In this document: positions 7,396 to 15,961 of the stretch, piece by piece
Position numbering within the stretch: position 1 is the stretch's first letter
How the letters are laid out: the number at the start of each line of letters is the position of its first letter
Assembly (NCBI RefSeq): GCF_900289195.1
Contig: NZ_OMOH01000005.1
Location: forward strand, 60,001 to 92,000
DNA from: Propionibacterium ruminifibrarum
GTDB lineage: Bacteria; Actinomycetota; Actinomycetes; Propionibacteriales; Propionibacteriaceae
Length of the DNA: 32,000 nucleotides
Direction of reading: 5' to 3'
Program-made: the position numbers and the translations under genes
Notes under the pieces: generated by a model
Database searches by the model: none
What the model was told of the DNA's origin: nothing
Seen by the model: only the letters and a program-made list of their open reading frames with translations

Positions 7396-9777
7396 ATGCT
7401 GCGACACCGGATCATTCTCGACGGGCCGGCCACGAACCCCCGCGACGCCTTCCTGCTCGGCAACGGGCGGTTCGGTGCCGTCGCGCACGGCGGCATCGGC
7501 GCCGAGACCTTCGACCTGTCGCTCGACACCCTGTGGTCAGGCGGCCCCGTGCCACAGGCGGCGGACGATGGGCACCCTGACACGGCGATGCTCCTGCCGT
7601 CCCTGCGCGCCGCGATCGCCTCGGGCGATCTCGCCCTGGCCGGCGAGATCGTCGACCGGATGAGTGTCACACCAGCCGTCCAGACCAGCCAGCCCATCGG
7701 CACGCTCCGCTGGGAGTACGCGACCAGCCTTCGCACCCGCGGCTACAGCCGCGAACTCGACACCCAGACCGCCACCATGGCCACCACGGTGCGCGGCAAT
7801 GAACTGCGTACCTTCGTCAGCGCCCCCGCCGACGTGCTCGTCGCCGAGTGGAACGGTGCGGCGGGCGCCCTCAACGTGCCGAACCTGCGCAGCCCCCACC
7901 ACGGCAGCGTCCGAACCTGGCGTGAGGGTGAGGTGCTGTGGTTCGTCTTCTCAGCCCGCGTGCCCGTGGACGCCCGCGCCGGTGAACCCGTCCGCTACGG
8001 CACGGAGGCACCGGGGCCAGGGGGGAGCGTTCCGGCGGGCATGGCCTTCGCCGTCGCGGCCGCCGTCCAGCCGGTCGCCACGGGCTCGCGGCTGGTCGTT
8101 GCGGCCGAGAGCGGTTTCATCGCCTGGAACCGGCGCCCCTCCGGCGACACGTCCACGGCCGAACACATCGCCCGATACCGGGTGCGCAGTGCGCTGAGCC
8201 GCAGCACCGACGAGCTCCACGCCGAGCACGTCGCCGACTACCGCGCCCTGTTCGACCGCAGCGACCTGGACCTGTCGGAGTCCTGGCGCGGCGCCGAGGA
8301 CGAACTGGCCTTCCACCTGGGCAAGTACCTGCTCATCTCCGCCTCACGGGCGGGCTCGCAGCCCGTGCACGCCCAGGGCCTGTGGAACGCCCACGCCCGC
8401 CCGGCCGGCGAGGCCTACCGCGCCGACATGAGCCTGCAGATGAGCTACTGGGCGGCCGAGCGGCTCGGGCTGCCCGAGTGCACGGCACCGCTGCGCCGCA
8501 TGACGACCGAGCTGACCCAGACCGGCCGCGACCACGCCTGGAGGGACTTCGGTTTCTCCGGGGCCGTCGCATTCGAGAGCATCGACCTGTGGCGTGCATC
8601 CAGCACTCGCCTGTCCGACACGGGGCGGGCCTACTGGCTGGGAGCGCTGCCGAGCCTGGCGGCCGGGCTGCACGAGCACGCCCTGTTCACCGGCGACACC
8701 GCCAACGCCCTGTCCGTGCACCGCGTGGCCGCCCGCTTCGCCCTCGACCTGCTCGTCTCGGGTCCCGACGGCGACCTCGTCGCCAGTCCCTCGGCCACGC
8801 CCGGCGGCCGGTCCGGGGCCGACCCGGGCGGCGTCGTCGTGGCGGCCGGCTCGACCATCGACCGCGAGATCATCGTCGAGGTCTTCGAGCACTACCTCGC
8901 CCTGGTCGGCGACCAGCCGCGCGGCACGGACGTGGCGCTCGTCGGGCAGGTGCGCAGCGCCCTCACCCACCTGGCCCCGGTCCCCGTCGCCGACGGCGTC
9001 ATCACCGAATGGGGTGAGCGCCTGACCGGCGGGCGGGACGGCTCTGGTGCGCTGTCGCACCTGTACGGCCTCTTCCCGGGCAGACGCATCAACCACACCG
9101 GCCCCGAGATGCTCGATGCGGCGCGGGCCACCCTCCAGAGGGCGATCGAACGCGGCGCCGGCCGGACCGCCGCAGGCCAGGCCTGGATCCTCGCCATGGC
9201 CGCCCGGCTGGGTGACGGCCCCCTGGCCGGACGATCCCTGGAACGACTGACCGGGCCGCTCAGCTCGTCGTCCCTGCTGGCACTGGGCCGCGGCTCCCAG
9301 ACGCCCGGCACCGTCATCCAGCTGCCGGCCTCCCTGGCGCTGCCCGGGGCCCTCGCCGAGATGCTCGTCGGCTACGACGCCGGCGCCATCCGCCTGCTCG
9401 CCGCCCTGCCCGACCGGTGGCCGAAGGGCACCGCCCGCGGCCTGCGCACTGTCGGCGGGCACCGCGTCGACGTCACCTGGGACGAGGGCCAGCTCACCAG
9501 CGCGCGGATCAGGCCCAACTTCGGCTGCCGGATGCAGGTCGAGGCGGAGAACGGCCGCTTCACCATCACCGACGACGCCGGGGCGGCCGTCCAGTTCGCC
9601 CAGGTCACGGCCTGGAACCGCAACCGCAACCTGCTCAGCTTCCAGGTCGACGACGACCACAGCTACCTCATCACCCGCGAGGGCAGGGCCCGTCGCGGGG
9701 AACTGGCCGCCGGCGCGCCCGCCGTCAGCCTCGGCCCCGGCCTGTCAATGACCCTCTCAGGGCTCCCCACTGTGTGA
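7396..9777 (+). CDS. glycoside hydrolase family 95 (alpha-L-fucosidase-like), no signal peptide
   Basis: This is a 793-aa ORF. The RBS AGGAGGA (7381-7387) precedes the ATG at 7396. The N-terminal FLLGNGRFGAVAHGGIGAETFDLSLDTLWSGGP is the typical GH95 N-domain opening (LGNGRLGAM..G....E.I.LNE.TLWSG.P). The length fits the family. Confidence 0.8.
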   Translation: MLRHRIILDGPATNPRDAFLLGNGRFGAVAHGGIGAETFDLSLDTLWSGGPVPQAADDGHPDTAMLLPSLRAAIASGDLALAGEIVDRMSVTPAVQTSQPIGTLRWEYATSLRTRGYSRELDTQTATMATTVRGNELRTFVSAPADVLVAEWNGAAGALNVPNLRSPHHGSVRTWREGEVLWFVFSARVPVDARAGEPVRYGTEAPGPGGSVPAGMAFAVAAAVQPVATGSRLVVAAESGFIAWNRRPSGDTSTAEHIARYRVRSALSRSTDELHAEHVADYRALFDRSDLDLSESWRGAEDELAFHLGKYLLISASRAGSQPVHAQGLWNAHARPAGEAYRADMSLQMSYWAAERLGLPECTAPLRRMTTELTQTGRDHAWRDFGFSGAVAFESIDLWRASSTRLSDTGRAYWLGALPSLAAGLHEHALFTGDTANALSVHRVAARFALDLLVSGPDGDLVASPSATPGGRSGADPGGVVVAAGSTIDREIIVEVFEHYLALVGDQPRGTDVALVGQVRSALTHLAPVPVADGVITEWGERLTGGRDGSGALSHLYGLFPGRRINHTGPEMLDAARATLQRAIERGAGRTAAGQAWILAMAARLGDGPLAGRSLERLTGPLSSSSLLALGRGSQTPGTVIQLPASLALPGALAEMLVGYDAGAIRLLAALPDRWPKGTARGLRTVGGHRVDVTWDEGQLTSARIRPNFGCRMQVEAENGRFTITDDAGAAVQFAQVTAWNRNRNLLSFQVDDDHSYLITREGRARRGELAAGAPAVSLGPGLSMTLSGLPTV

Positions 9778-11575
9778 TTGATGTTTTGGACCTCTGCCAT
9801 GGCGCACCAGGACAACTCAATGGCCGCGTGACATTGACGCCAGCGATTCTGAGTCGTGGTGCACATTTTTATGAGTGGCGTTGAACTTCGCCACAGTCGG
9901 GTGTGCTGGGAGGAAGCAGGTTCATACCCCTGATAGCACCCTGAGATGTGAAGAATTGGCAGGAATTCAACTTTCTCCATGGCCTAGCGTCAGAGTTGTC
10001 TGTGCATCCGGTTGCATTGGCTGGAAAGGGTTGGCATGAATGTCAAGTTGAGAAGTGTTTCTGAAGCTGCTGATCTCATGGATTCCGATCCAGTGAGAGA
10101 ATTTCTTGTGGGATTTGATAATGGCCATGAAAAGGATTTAAGGAAAGGAAATTCTAATAGGACAGGGCTTGAAAAAATAGCAGCCCATGAAGGATTGGAA
10201 AGATGGAAGAAGGGCCACCCCAGGGTAGTGGCCTGGCTGACCCTTGTCTCTGCAGTGGTAACGCTTTTCTTGGTGGGTGGATTTGCCTGCGAAGTCTTTG
10301 TTAATTCACGATCTTCGGTTCCTGTGATTGTTGCGTGGGAACTTCTGATGATCCTCATTACTTGTACTTCTTTTTTACTGGTCTACCATGGTTTTCATGG
10401 TAGGCAAGTTCTTGCGGAGAGGGCTATGCGGTGCGTGGCGTCTCTCGCGAGATTCGTGGGTACCTTCCTTCAAATTCCACTGATGCTCTTTTCCTTGAGT
10501 ATGCTCGTGCTGCTCATTATCGCAGTTTATCAAGCGTATCCTGGTCGGGATTTACTGAGGCACATCAACTCACTCCTCATTGCGCTGCTCCTTACTTATT
10601 TTGGCCTGGGGTCTGCGGCTTTTTTGTATTATTCAAGAACTCAACTGGATTTCGGATTGAGGAGGCCGCATGTCATGCGACTGAGGCTTCTGATTGCAGT
10701 TTTTGGGAACTGCCTGTGGGCTCTCTTTGTAATTTCTTTCACACTCTTTGGGGTGCTCGCTGTCAGGAAATTAAAATCTTCAGATCATTCGCTGAAACTA
10801 AGCCTTGGTGGTCTTGTTTTTGATGTGTTTGATGTCTTTGTTGGCGTTGTGGTGTCAGGGGTATTGGCGGCTGTCATTCCCGTTTGGAAAACCCATGGAC
10901 GTGTCATGGGTGATGCCGTGGTGGTAATTGAGAGAGTTTTGATACTTATTCGAAAGGTGAAAACTGGTGATGATTGGAGGATGCTTGGGGTTGGGGATCT
11001 GGAAGCTATATATCTGGTGCTTGATCTGGAGAGGGTCTTGGGGGAAAACCTGTGTCCACAGTGGTGCCCACTCCGTTTCTCGATTGAATCCTTCAATTAC
11101 AGGACAATTCTTTGTCGAGAGGTGATGTTAATTCTTGGTGTTCGTTATCGCACTGTGGTTCCACAATTCGAATCGAAAAATTGGCTTCTGGAGAGATATG
11201 GTATCGAGCTGGGTGGATCTATTGCTGGTGTGGATGAATTGGTGAGAGAGCTGGAGCTGTTGAGAGACCAGCTCAAGGTGCGGACTTGGAGACCTTTTGT
11301 CAATAGTTGATAACAGTGTCAATGATAGATGTGTGATTGGTTTGGTCTGATGGAGATGAATATCATCTGTTGATGAAAATTGCCAAGCTCTGACATGATC
11401 CTTGGCTCTGGTTTCCGTGATAGAAGTCAGTGGTGACTTTTGCTCAGGCGATCGGTTGTGAGTCAATTTTCTTGCGCCAAGGGCTGGTGGACACAAGTTG
11501 AAGAAAACTTTTTTGCTGATCTATCCTTAATTTCGTGGATCATGAGGATACCAGGCAACCCATGAATGATTTCAG
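9778..11575. other. low-GC island (foreign-looking DNA) between GH95 and rsmI
   Basis: I counted GC by hand on 60-nt lines. Values are 38% (10081-10140), 45% (10261-10320), 40% (10321-10380), 45% (11521-11580) and 52-57% (9781-9900). The flanks give 78% at 9661-9720 and similarly high values from 11581 onward. The left edge coincides with the GH95 stop codon. The right edge falls within the first ~40 nt of the rsmI ORF. Confidence 0.85.
10036..11310 (+). CDS. hypothetical polytopic membrane protein (about 6 TM), no recognisable family
   Basis: This is the only long ORF in the island (track ORF 10012-11310, which starts at a TTG). I prefer the ATG at 10036, which is preceded by GAAAGGG (10024-10030). 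Predicted layout is a ~65-aa polar N-terminus, six hydrophobic segments (VVAWLTLVSAVVTLFLVGGFA, VPVIVAWELLMILITCTSFLLVY, FLQIPLMLFSLSMLVLLIIAVY, INSLLIALLLTYFGLGSAAFLYY, LLIAVFGNCLWALFVISFTLFGVLAV, LVFDVFDVFVGVVVSGVLAAVIPVW) and a ~135-aa soluble C-terminus ending in a coiled-coil-like ELVRELELLRDQLKV. Codon usage is AT-rich, unlike all neighbouring genes. Confidence 0.6.
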   Translation: MNVKLRSVSEAADLMDSDPVREFLVGFDNGHEKDLRKGNSNRTGLEKIAAHEGLERWKKGHPRVVAWLTLVSAVVTLFLVGGFACEVFVNSRSSVPVIVAWELLMILITCTSFLLVYHGFHGRQVLAERAMRCVASLARFVGTFLQIPLMLFSLSMLVLLIIAVYQAYPGRDLLRHINSLLIALLLTYFGLGSAAFLYYSRTQLDFGLRRPHVMRLRLLIAVFGNCLWALFVISFTLFGVLAVRKLKSSDHSLKLSLGGLVFDVFDVFVGVVVSGVLAAVIPVWKTHGRVMGDAVVVIERVLILIRKVKTGDDWRMLGVGDLEAIYLVLDLERVLGENLCPQWCPLRFSIESFNYRTILCREVMLILGVRYRTVVPQFESKNWLLERYGIELGGSIAGVDELVRELELLRDQLKVRTWRPFVNS

Positions 11576-12443
11576 GTCCGGCGGAAGTGTCGGACGTCTC
11601 GCCGGGCCGGGCACCCTCGTCCTGGCGGGGACGCCCATCGGCGACTCCACCCAGGTCTCCCCGCAGCTGCGCCGGGCGTTCGCCGAGGCCGACGTCATCG
11701 CCGCCGAGGACACCCGCCTGCTGCGCACCCTGCTGGCCCGCGCCGACGTCGAGACGAGTGCCCGCATCGTCAGCTACTTCGAGGGCAACGAGACCGAGCG
11801 CACCCCGCGCCTGATCGACGAACTGCGCGACGGCGCGGTCGTCGTCGTGGCCACCGATGCCGGCATGCCGTCGATCTCCGACCCCGGGTTCCGGCTCGTG
11901 CGGGCGGCCATCGAGGCCGGGCTGCGGGTGACGAGCGTGCCCGGGCCCTCGGCGGTGACGACCGCGCTGGCCGTCTCGGGGCTGCCCTGCGACCGGTTCT
12001 GTTTCGAGGGTTTCCTGCCGCGCGCCGCCGGCCAGCGGCGCCGCAGGCTGGCCGCCCTCGCCGGGGAGGAACGCACGATGGTCTTCTTCGAGGCCCCGCA
12101 CCGGCTCGCCGACTTCCTGGGCGACGCGGCGGCGGCCTTCGGCGACGACCGTCCTGGCGTGCTGTGCCGCGAACTCACCAAACCGTGGGAGGAGGTCATC
12201 CGGGGGTCCCTGTCCCAGCTGCGCGACTGGGCGGCAGAGCACGCCCGCGGCGAGACGACACTCGTCATCGCAGGCCGCACGGCAGACCCCGGCAGCGGCA
12301 TGGCCGAGGCCCTCGGCCAGGTCGACGAGCTGATCGGGTCGGGGGAGCGCCTCAGCCGGGCCGTCGCCCGGGTCGCCGAGGCGACCGGTGTCCGCAGGAA
12401 GGACCTGTACCAGGCCGCCCTCGCCGCCCGGGACGAGCCCTGA
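11535..12443 (+). CDS. rsmI: 16S rRNA (cytidine1402-2'-O)-methyltransferase RsmI
   Basis: The sequence LVLAGTPIGDSTQVSPQLRRAFAEADVIAAEDTRLLRTLL...MPSISDPGFRLV...PGPSAVTTAL is the tetrapyrrole-methylase-fold RsmI signature. The start is either GTG at 11535 or the in-frame ATG at 11562, and both lie in AT-rich island DNA. Confidence 0.9.
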   Translation: MDHEDTRQPMNDFRSGGSVGRLAGPGTLVLAGTPIGDSTQVSPQLRRAFAEADVIAAEDTRLLRTLLARADVETSARIVSYFEGNETERTPRLIDELRDGAVVVVATDAGMPSISDPGFRLVRAAIEAGLRVTSVPGPSAVTTALAVSGLPCDRFCFEGFLPRAAGQRRRRLAALAGEERTMVFFEAPHRLADFLGDAAAAFGDDRPGVLCRELTKPWEEVIRGSLSQLRDWAAEHARGETTLVIAGRTADPGSGMAEALGQVDELIGSGERLSRAVARVAEATGVRRKDLYQAALAARDEP

Positions 12444-13426
12444 TGCGCCGCACCGGCGCGCAGCCGGCCGGCCCGATGCGCGACAATGACACCGTGACCC
12501 CTGACGAGATCGCGGCCGAGCTGGCTCGCCTGGAGCTGCCGCCGCTGCCGGCGCCACTGCCCGGGCGCTGCATCGACAACCACACCCACGTCGACACGAC
12601 GACTGCGCGCTCCGGGCTGCCCGCCGACCTGAACCTCGCCGCCGCGGCGGCCGTCGGCGTCGACCGCCTCGTCCACGTGGGCTGCGACCTGGCCGACTCG
12701 CGCTGGGCGGTCCGGTTCGCCGCCGACCACGAGCAGGTCGTCGCGGCCGTCGCCATCCACCCCAATGACGCGGCCCGGCTCGCCGCCGACCGTGGCCGGG
12801 ACGAACTCGGCGCCCAGATCGACCAGATCGGTGACCTCGCGGTCGCCCCCGGCCGGGTCCGAGCCGTCGGCGAGACCGGCCTGGACTACTTCCGCACCCG
12901 CGACGAGGACGGCAGGGCCGTCCAGCGCTGGGCCTTCGCCCGTCACATCCGGATCGCTCACGACACCGGCCGCGCCCTGGTGATCCACGACCGCGACGCC
13001 CACGGCGACGTCCTCGACGTGCTCGACGAGCAGGGCTGGCCCGAACGCACCATCATGCACTGCTTCAGCGGCGACGCCGACGTCGCCAGGGCCTGCCTGG
13101 ACCGGCAGGGGGCCGGTACGAGCGTGTGGCTCAGCTTCGGAGGGGCCGTCACCTTCAAACCCAACAGCGCCCTGCGCGAGGCCCTGGCCGCCACGCCGGC
13201 CGACCGCATCCTCGTCGAGACCGACGCCCCCTTCCTGACGCCCGTGCCGCTGCGGGGCCGCCCGAACGCCCCCTACCTGATGCCCACGACCCTGCGGTTC
13301 ATCGCCGCCGAGAAGGGCGTCGACGTCGACGACGAGACCGCGCTGGCCGGATTCTGCGCGCAGATCACCGCCAACACGCTGGCCGCCTACGGACCGTGGG
13401 GCCCCGGCGAGGAGCAGGACACCTGA
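12443..13426 (+). CDS. tatD: TatD-family metal-dependent hydrolase/DNase
   Basis: An in-frame ATG at 12443 overlaps the rsmI stop (TGATG at 12441-12445). The motifs [43 protein letters not shown] and [11 protein letters not shown] are TatD metal-binding motifs. The track ORF beginning at 12164 overlaps rsmI and is probably too long. An alternative start is the ATG at 12476. Confidence 0.85.
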   Translation: MRRTGAQPAGPMRDNDTVTPDEIAAELARLELPPLPAPLPGRCIDNHTHVDTTTARSGLPADLNLAAAAAVGVDRLVHVGCDLADSRWAVRFAADHEQVVAAVAIHPNDAARLAADRGRDELGAQIDQIGDLAVAPGRVRAVGETGLDYFRTRDEDGRAVQRWAFARHIRIAHDTGRALVIHDRDAHGDVLDVLDEQGWPERTIMHCFSGDADVARACLDRQGAGTSVWLSFGGAVTFKPNSALREALAATPADRILVETDAPFLTPVPLRGRPNAPYLMPTTLRFIAAEKGVDVDDETALAGFCAQITANTLAAYGPWGPGEEQDT

Positions 13427-13427
13427 G

Positions 13428-14354
13428 ATGGGCGCCCTCCTGGACCCCCGCACGATCCGCGAGTACGCCGAGCGGATCGGCCTGCGCCCCACCAAGACCC
13501 TCGGCCAGAACTTCGTCGTCGACGCCAACACGGTGCGCCGCATCGTCGCCCTCAGCGGCGTGACGGACCAGGACACCGTCCTCGAGGTCGGGCCGGGCCT
13601 GGGCTCGCTCACCCTCGGTCTGCTCGAGACGGGCGCCCGCGTGACCGCCGTCGAGATCGACCCGCGGCTCGCCGAGCAGCTGCCGGCCACCGTCGCCGTG
13701 CACCAGCCCGGCGCGGCCGGCCGGCTGCAAGTCGTCGCCTCGGACGCCCTCGCCCTCACCGCGATCCCGCCGCCCGCGCCCACCAGGCTCGTCGCCAATC
13801 TGCCCTACAACGTCGCGGTCCCGGTGCTGCTGCACATGCTCGACCTGGCACCGTCCTGGCGCGATGGCTTGATCATGGTCCAGCTCGAGGTGGCCGATCG
13901 GCTCGTCGCAGCCCCGGGGTCGAGGACCTACGGCGTGCCGAGCGTCAAACTCGCCTGGTACGGCACGGCCCGCCGCGTCGGCACCGTGCCGCCCGGCGTC
14001 TTCTGGCCCGTCCCCAAGGTCGACTCCGGCCTGGTGAGCATCACCCGCGGCGAGCCGCCGGCCGCCGGCGCAACCCGGGAAGAGGTGTTCGCCGTGGTGG
14101 ACGCCGCCTTCGCGCAGCGCCGCAAGATGCTGCGCGCCGCCCTGTCCCGGCTCGCCGGGAGCCCGGCGGCGGCCGCGGCGGCCATCGAGGCCGCCGGACT
14201 CGACCCGACGGTGCGCGGCGAACGGCTCGGCGTCGCCGACTTCGCAGCCATCGCGGCCCGGCTGGCCGCCGCAGGACCGCTCGGCCCCGGGCCGGCCACC
14301 GACGCGCGTCACGGCCGTGGCAGCAACCGCACCAGGCAGGAGGTCCAGCAGTGA
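13428..14354 (+). CDS. rsmA: 16S rRNA (adenine1518/1519-N6)-dimethyltransferase RsmA/KsgA
   Basis: [16 protein letters not shown]...[17 protein letters not shown] (SAM-binding motif), NLPYNVAVP and FWPVPKVDS are canonical KsgA motifs. The ATG lies 1 nt after the tatD stop. Confidence 0.9.
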   Translation: MGALLDPRTIREYAERIGLRPTKTLGQNFVVDANTVRRIVALSGVTDQDTVLEVGPGLGSLTLGLLETGARVTAVEIDPRLAEQLPATVAVHQPGAAGRLQVVASDALALTAIPPPAPTRLVANLPYNVAVPVLLHMLDLAPSWRDGLIMVQLEVADRLVAAPGSRTYGVPSVKLAWYGTARRVGTVPPGVFWPVPKVDSGLVSITRGEPPAAGATREEVFAVVDAAFAQRRKMLRAALSRLAGSPAAAAAAIEAAGLDPTVRGERLGVADFAAIAARLAAAGPLGPGPATDARHGRGSNRTRQEVQQ

Positions 14355-15337
14355 ACGAACAGTCCCCGAAGCGGTCCGCGGTCCTGCCGCGTCCCAGCAG
14401 CGATGCGGCCCGGCAGGTGCGGGTCGGCGCCCCGGCGAAGATCAACCTGACACTGCGCGTCGCCGCCCGGGGCGCAGACGGTTTCCACCGGCTCTCGACG
14501 GTCTTCCACGCCGTCCGTCTCGGCGACGTGCTGCACCTCACCGACCAGCCCGGGCGGATCAGCGTCACCACCCGCGGCGAGTACGCCCGGCACGTCGCGG
14601 ACGACGAGACGAACCTCGCCGTGCGCGCGGCAACGGCCGTCCGCGACCGGTTCGGCAGCCCGGGGCTGGGCGCCCACATCGAGATCGACAAGTCCATTCC
14701 CGTGGCCGGCGGCATGGCCGGCGGTTCCGCCGACGCGGCCGCGGCCCTCGTCGGCGCCACCCGGCTGTGGGGGCTGAACCCGAGCGACGAGGAACTCTTC
14801 GACCTGGCCGCCGCCCTCGGCTCCGACGTGCCCTTCTCGCTGCTCGGCGGCACCGCCCTCGGCGCGGGCCGCGGCGAACGCCTCGAGCCGCTGGAATGTG
14901 CGGGCCGGCTGCACTGGGTGCTCGCCGTCGCCCGGCGCGGCCTGTCGACGCCCACCGTCTACGGCCGTTTCGACGAACGCGTCGCCGCCGGGACGAGCAC
15001 CCCGATGGGCGACGGCCACACCCGCCCGACCGAACTCATCGACGCCCTCGCCAGGGGCGACGCCGAGACGGTGGCGGCCCTGCTGGTCAACGACCTGCAA
15101 CCGGCCGCCCTCGACCTCTACCCCGGGCTGGCCGGCACCCTGACCGCCGGGCGCGACGCCGGGGCGCTGGCCGGGCTCGTCTCCGGCTCGGGCCCCACCT
15201 GCGTATTCCTGTGCGCCGACCGGTCGGCCGCCCGGCAGGTGGCGGGCGCCCTCGCCGCCGCGCCCGAGGTGACCGTCGTGCGCACCACGACCGGGGCGGC
15301 GCCCGGCGCCCTGGCCTCCGGCCGGGCCGTGGCGTGA
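14351..15337 (+). CDS. ispE: 4-diphosphocytidyl-2-C-methyl-D-erythritol kinase
   Basis: The gene carries [23 protein letters not shown] and the GHMP kinase motif [17 protein letters not shown]. The GTG start overlaps the rsmA stop (GTGA at 14351-14354). Confidence 0.9.
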   Translation: MNEQSPKRSAVLPRPSSDAARQVRVGAPAKINLTLRVAARGADGFHRLSTVFHAVRLGDVLHLTDQPGRISVTTRGEYARHVADDETNLAVRAATAVRDRFGSPGLGAHIEIDKSIPVAGGMAGGSADAAAALVGATRLWGLNPSDEELFDLAAALGSDVPFSLLGGTALGAGRGERLEPLECAGRLHWVLAVARRGLSTPTVYGRFDERVAAGTSTPMGDGHTRPTELIDALARGDAETVAALLVNDLQPAALDLYPGLAGTLTAGRDAGALAGLVSGSGPTCVFLCADRSAARQVAGALAAAPEVTVVRTTTGAAPGALASGRAVA

Positions 15338-15409
15338 GGCAGGCCCCGGGCTGCGAAAACCCGGGTGAGATGACTGCCGTTTCCCGGCGCAGCTTGGGAG
15401 AATACGACC

Positions 15410-15949
15410 GTGAGTCATGACGTGGTGGATCGCGGCCGGGGCGACGAGTTTGGTGACGAGGTCGACGCGCTCGTCGCGGACTGGCGGCGCGAGCGGCCGG
15501 AACTGGACGTCTCCAGCCTCGAGATCTGGTCGCGGATCTCCCGCCTGGCGGCGATCCTGGTCCGGGAGCGCGCCAGCGCCTACGCCGAGCACGGCCTGGC
15601 GGTCTGGGAGTTCGACGTGCTGTCCGCGCTGCGCAAGCTGGGTGCCCCGTACCGCACCAGCGTCGGCACCCTCATCCGCGACAACCACGTCACGAGCGGC
15701 ACCATGACCAACCGTCTGGACCATCTCGCCGGGCGCGGCATGATCACCCGCCACGCGGATCCCCATGACCTGCGCAGCAAGACCATCGAACTCACCCCGC
15801 TCGGGCTGGAACGCGTCGACGCCGCCATCGAGAGCCTCGTCGCCGCCGAGTCGCGGATGCTCGACGGGATCGATCTCGACCGCGACGGGCTCGTCGGGCA
15901 GCTGCGCCTGCTCCTGACCACCCAGGAGAGGGCGCTCGGGGACGGCTGA
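15410..15949 (+). CDS. MarR-family transcriptional regulator
   Basis: This is a 179-aa ORF. A winged-helix region WEFDVLSALRKLGAPYRTSVGTLIRDNHVTSGTMTNRLDHLAGRGMITRHADPHDLRSKTIELTPLG is typical of MarR. Confidence 0.85.
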   Translation: MSHDVVDRGRGDEFGDEVDALVADWRRERPELDVSSLEIWSRISRLAAILVRERASAYAEHGLAVWEFDVLSALRKLGAPYRTSVGTLIRDNHVTSGTMTNRLDHLAGRGMITRHADPHDLRSKTIELTPLGLERVDAAIESLVAAESRMLDGIDLDRDGLVGQLRLLLTTQERALGDG

Positions 15950-15961
15950 TCGGCCCGGGCC

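Noticed and set aside
9663-9980. 105-aa minus-strand ORF starting in the island and running into the GH95 3' end, plus other short antisense island ORFs (9990-10358, 10785-11096, 11128-11496)
   Set aside because: They overlap the better-supported plus-strand ORFs. They lack convincing RBS/start context and have Ser/Thr/Pro-rich or odd composition. I found no support for coding.
11774-13798. 674-aa minus-strand ORF, plus similar long antisense ORFs (4055-5506, 8344-9660, 11463-12557, 14309-15766, 16079-18181, 19394-20848, 20861-21919, 22089-23450, 23465-25084, 25527-26396)
   Set aside because: Each fully overlaps one or more genes with clear family signatures on the opposite strand. All have Arg/Pro/Gly/Asp-rich composition without motifs. 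They are high-GC shadow ORFs.
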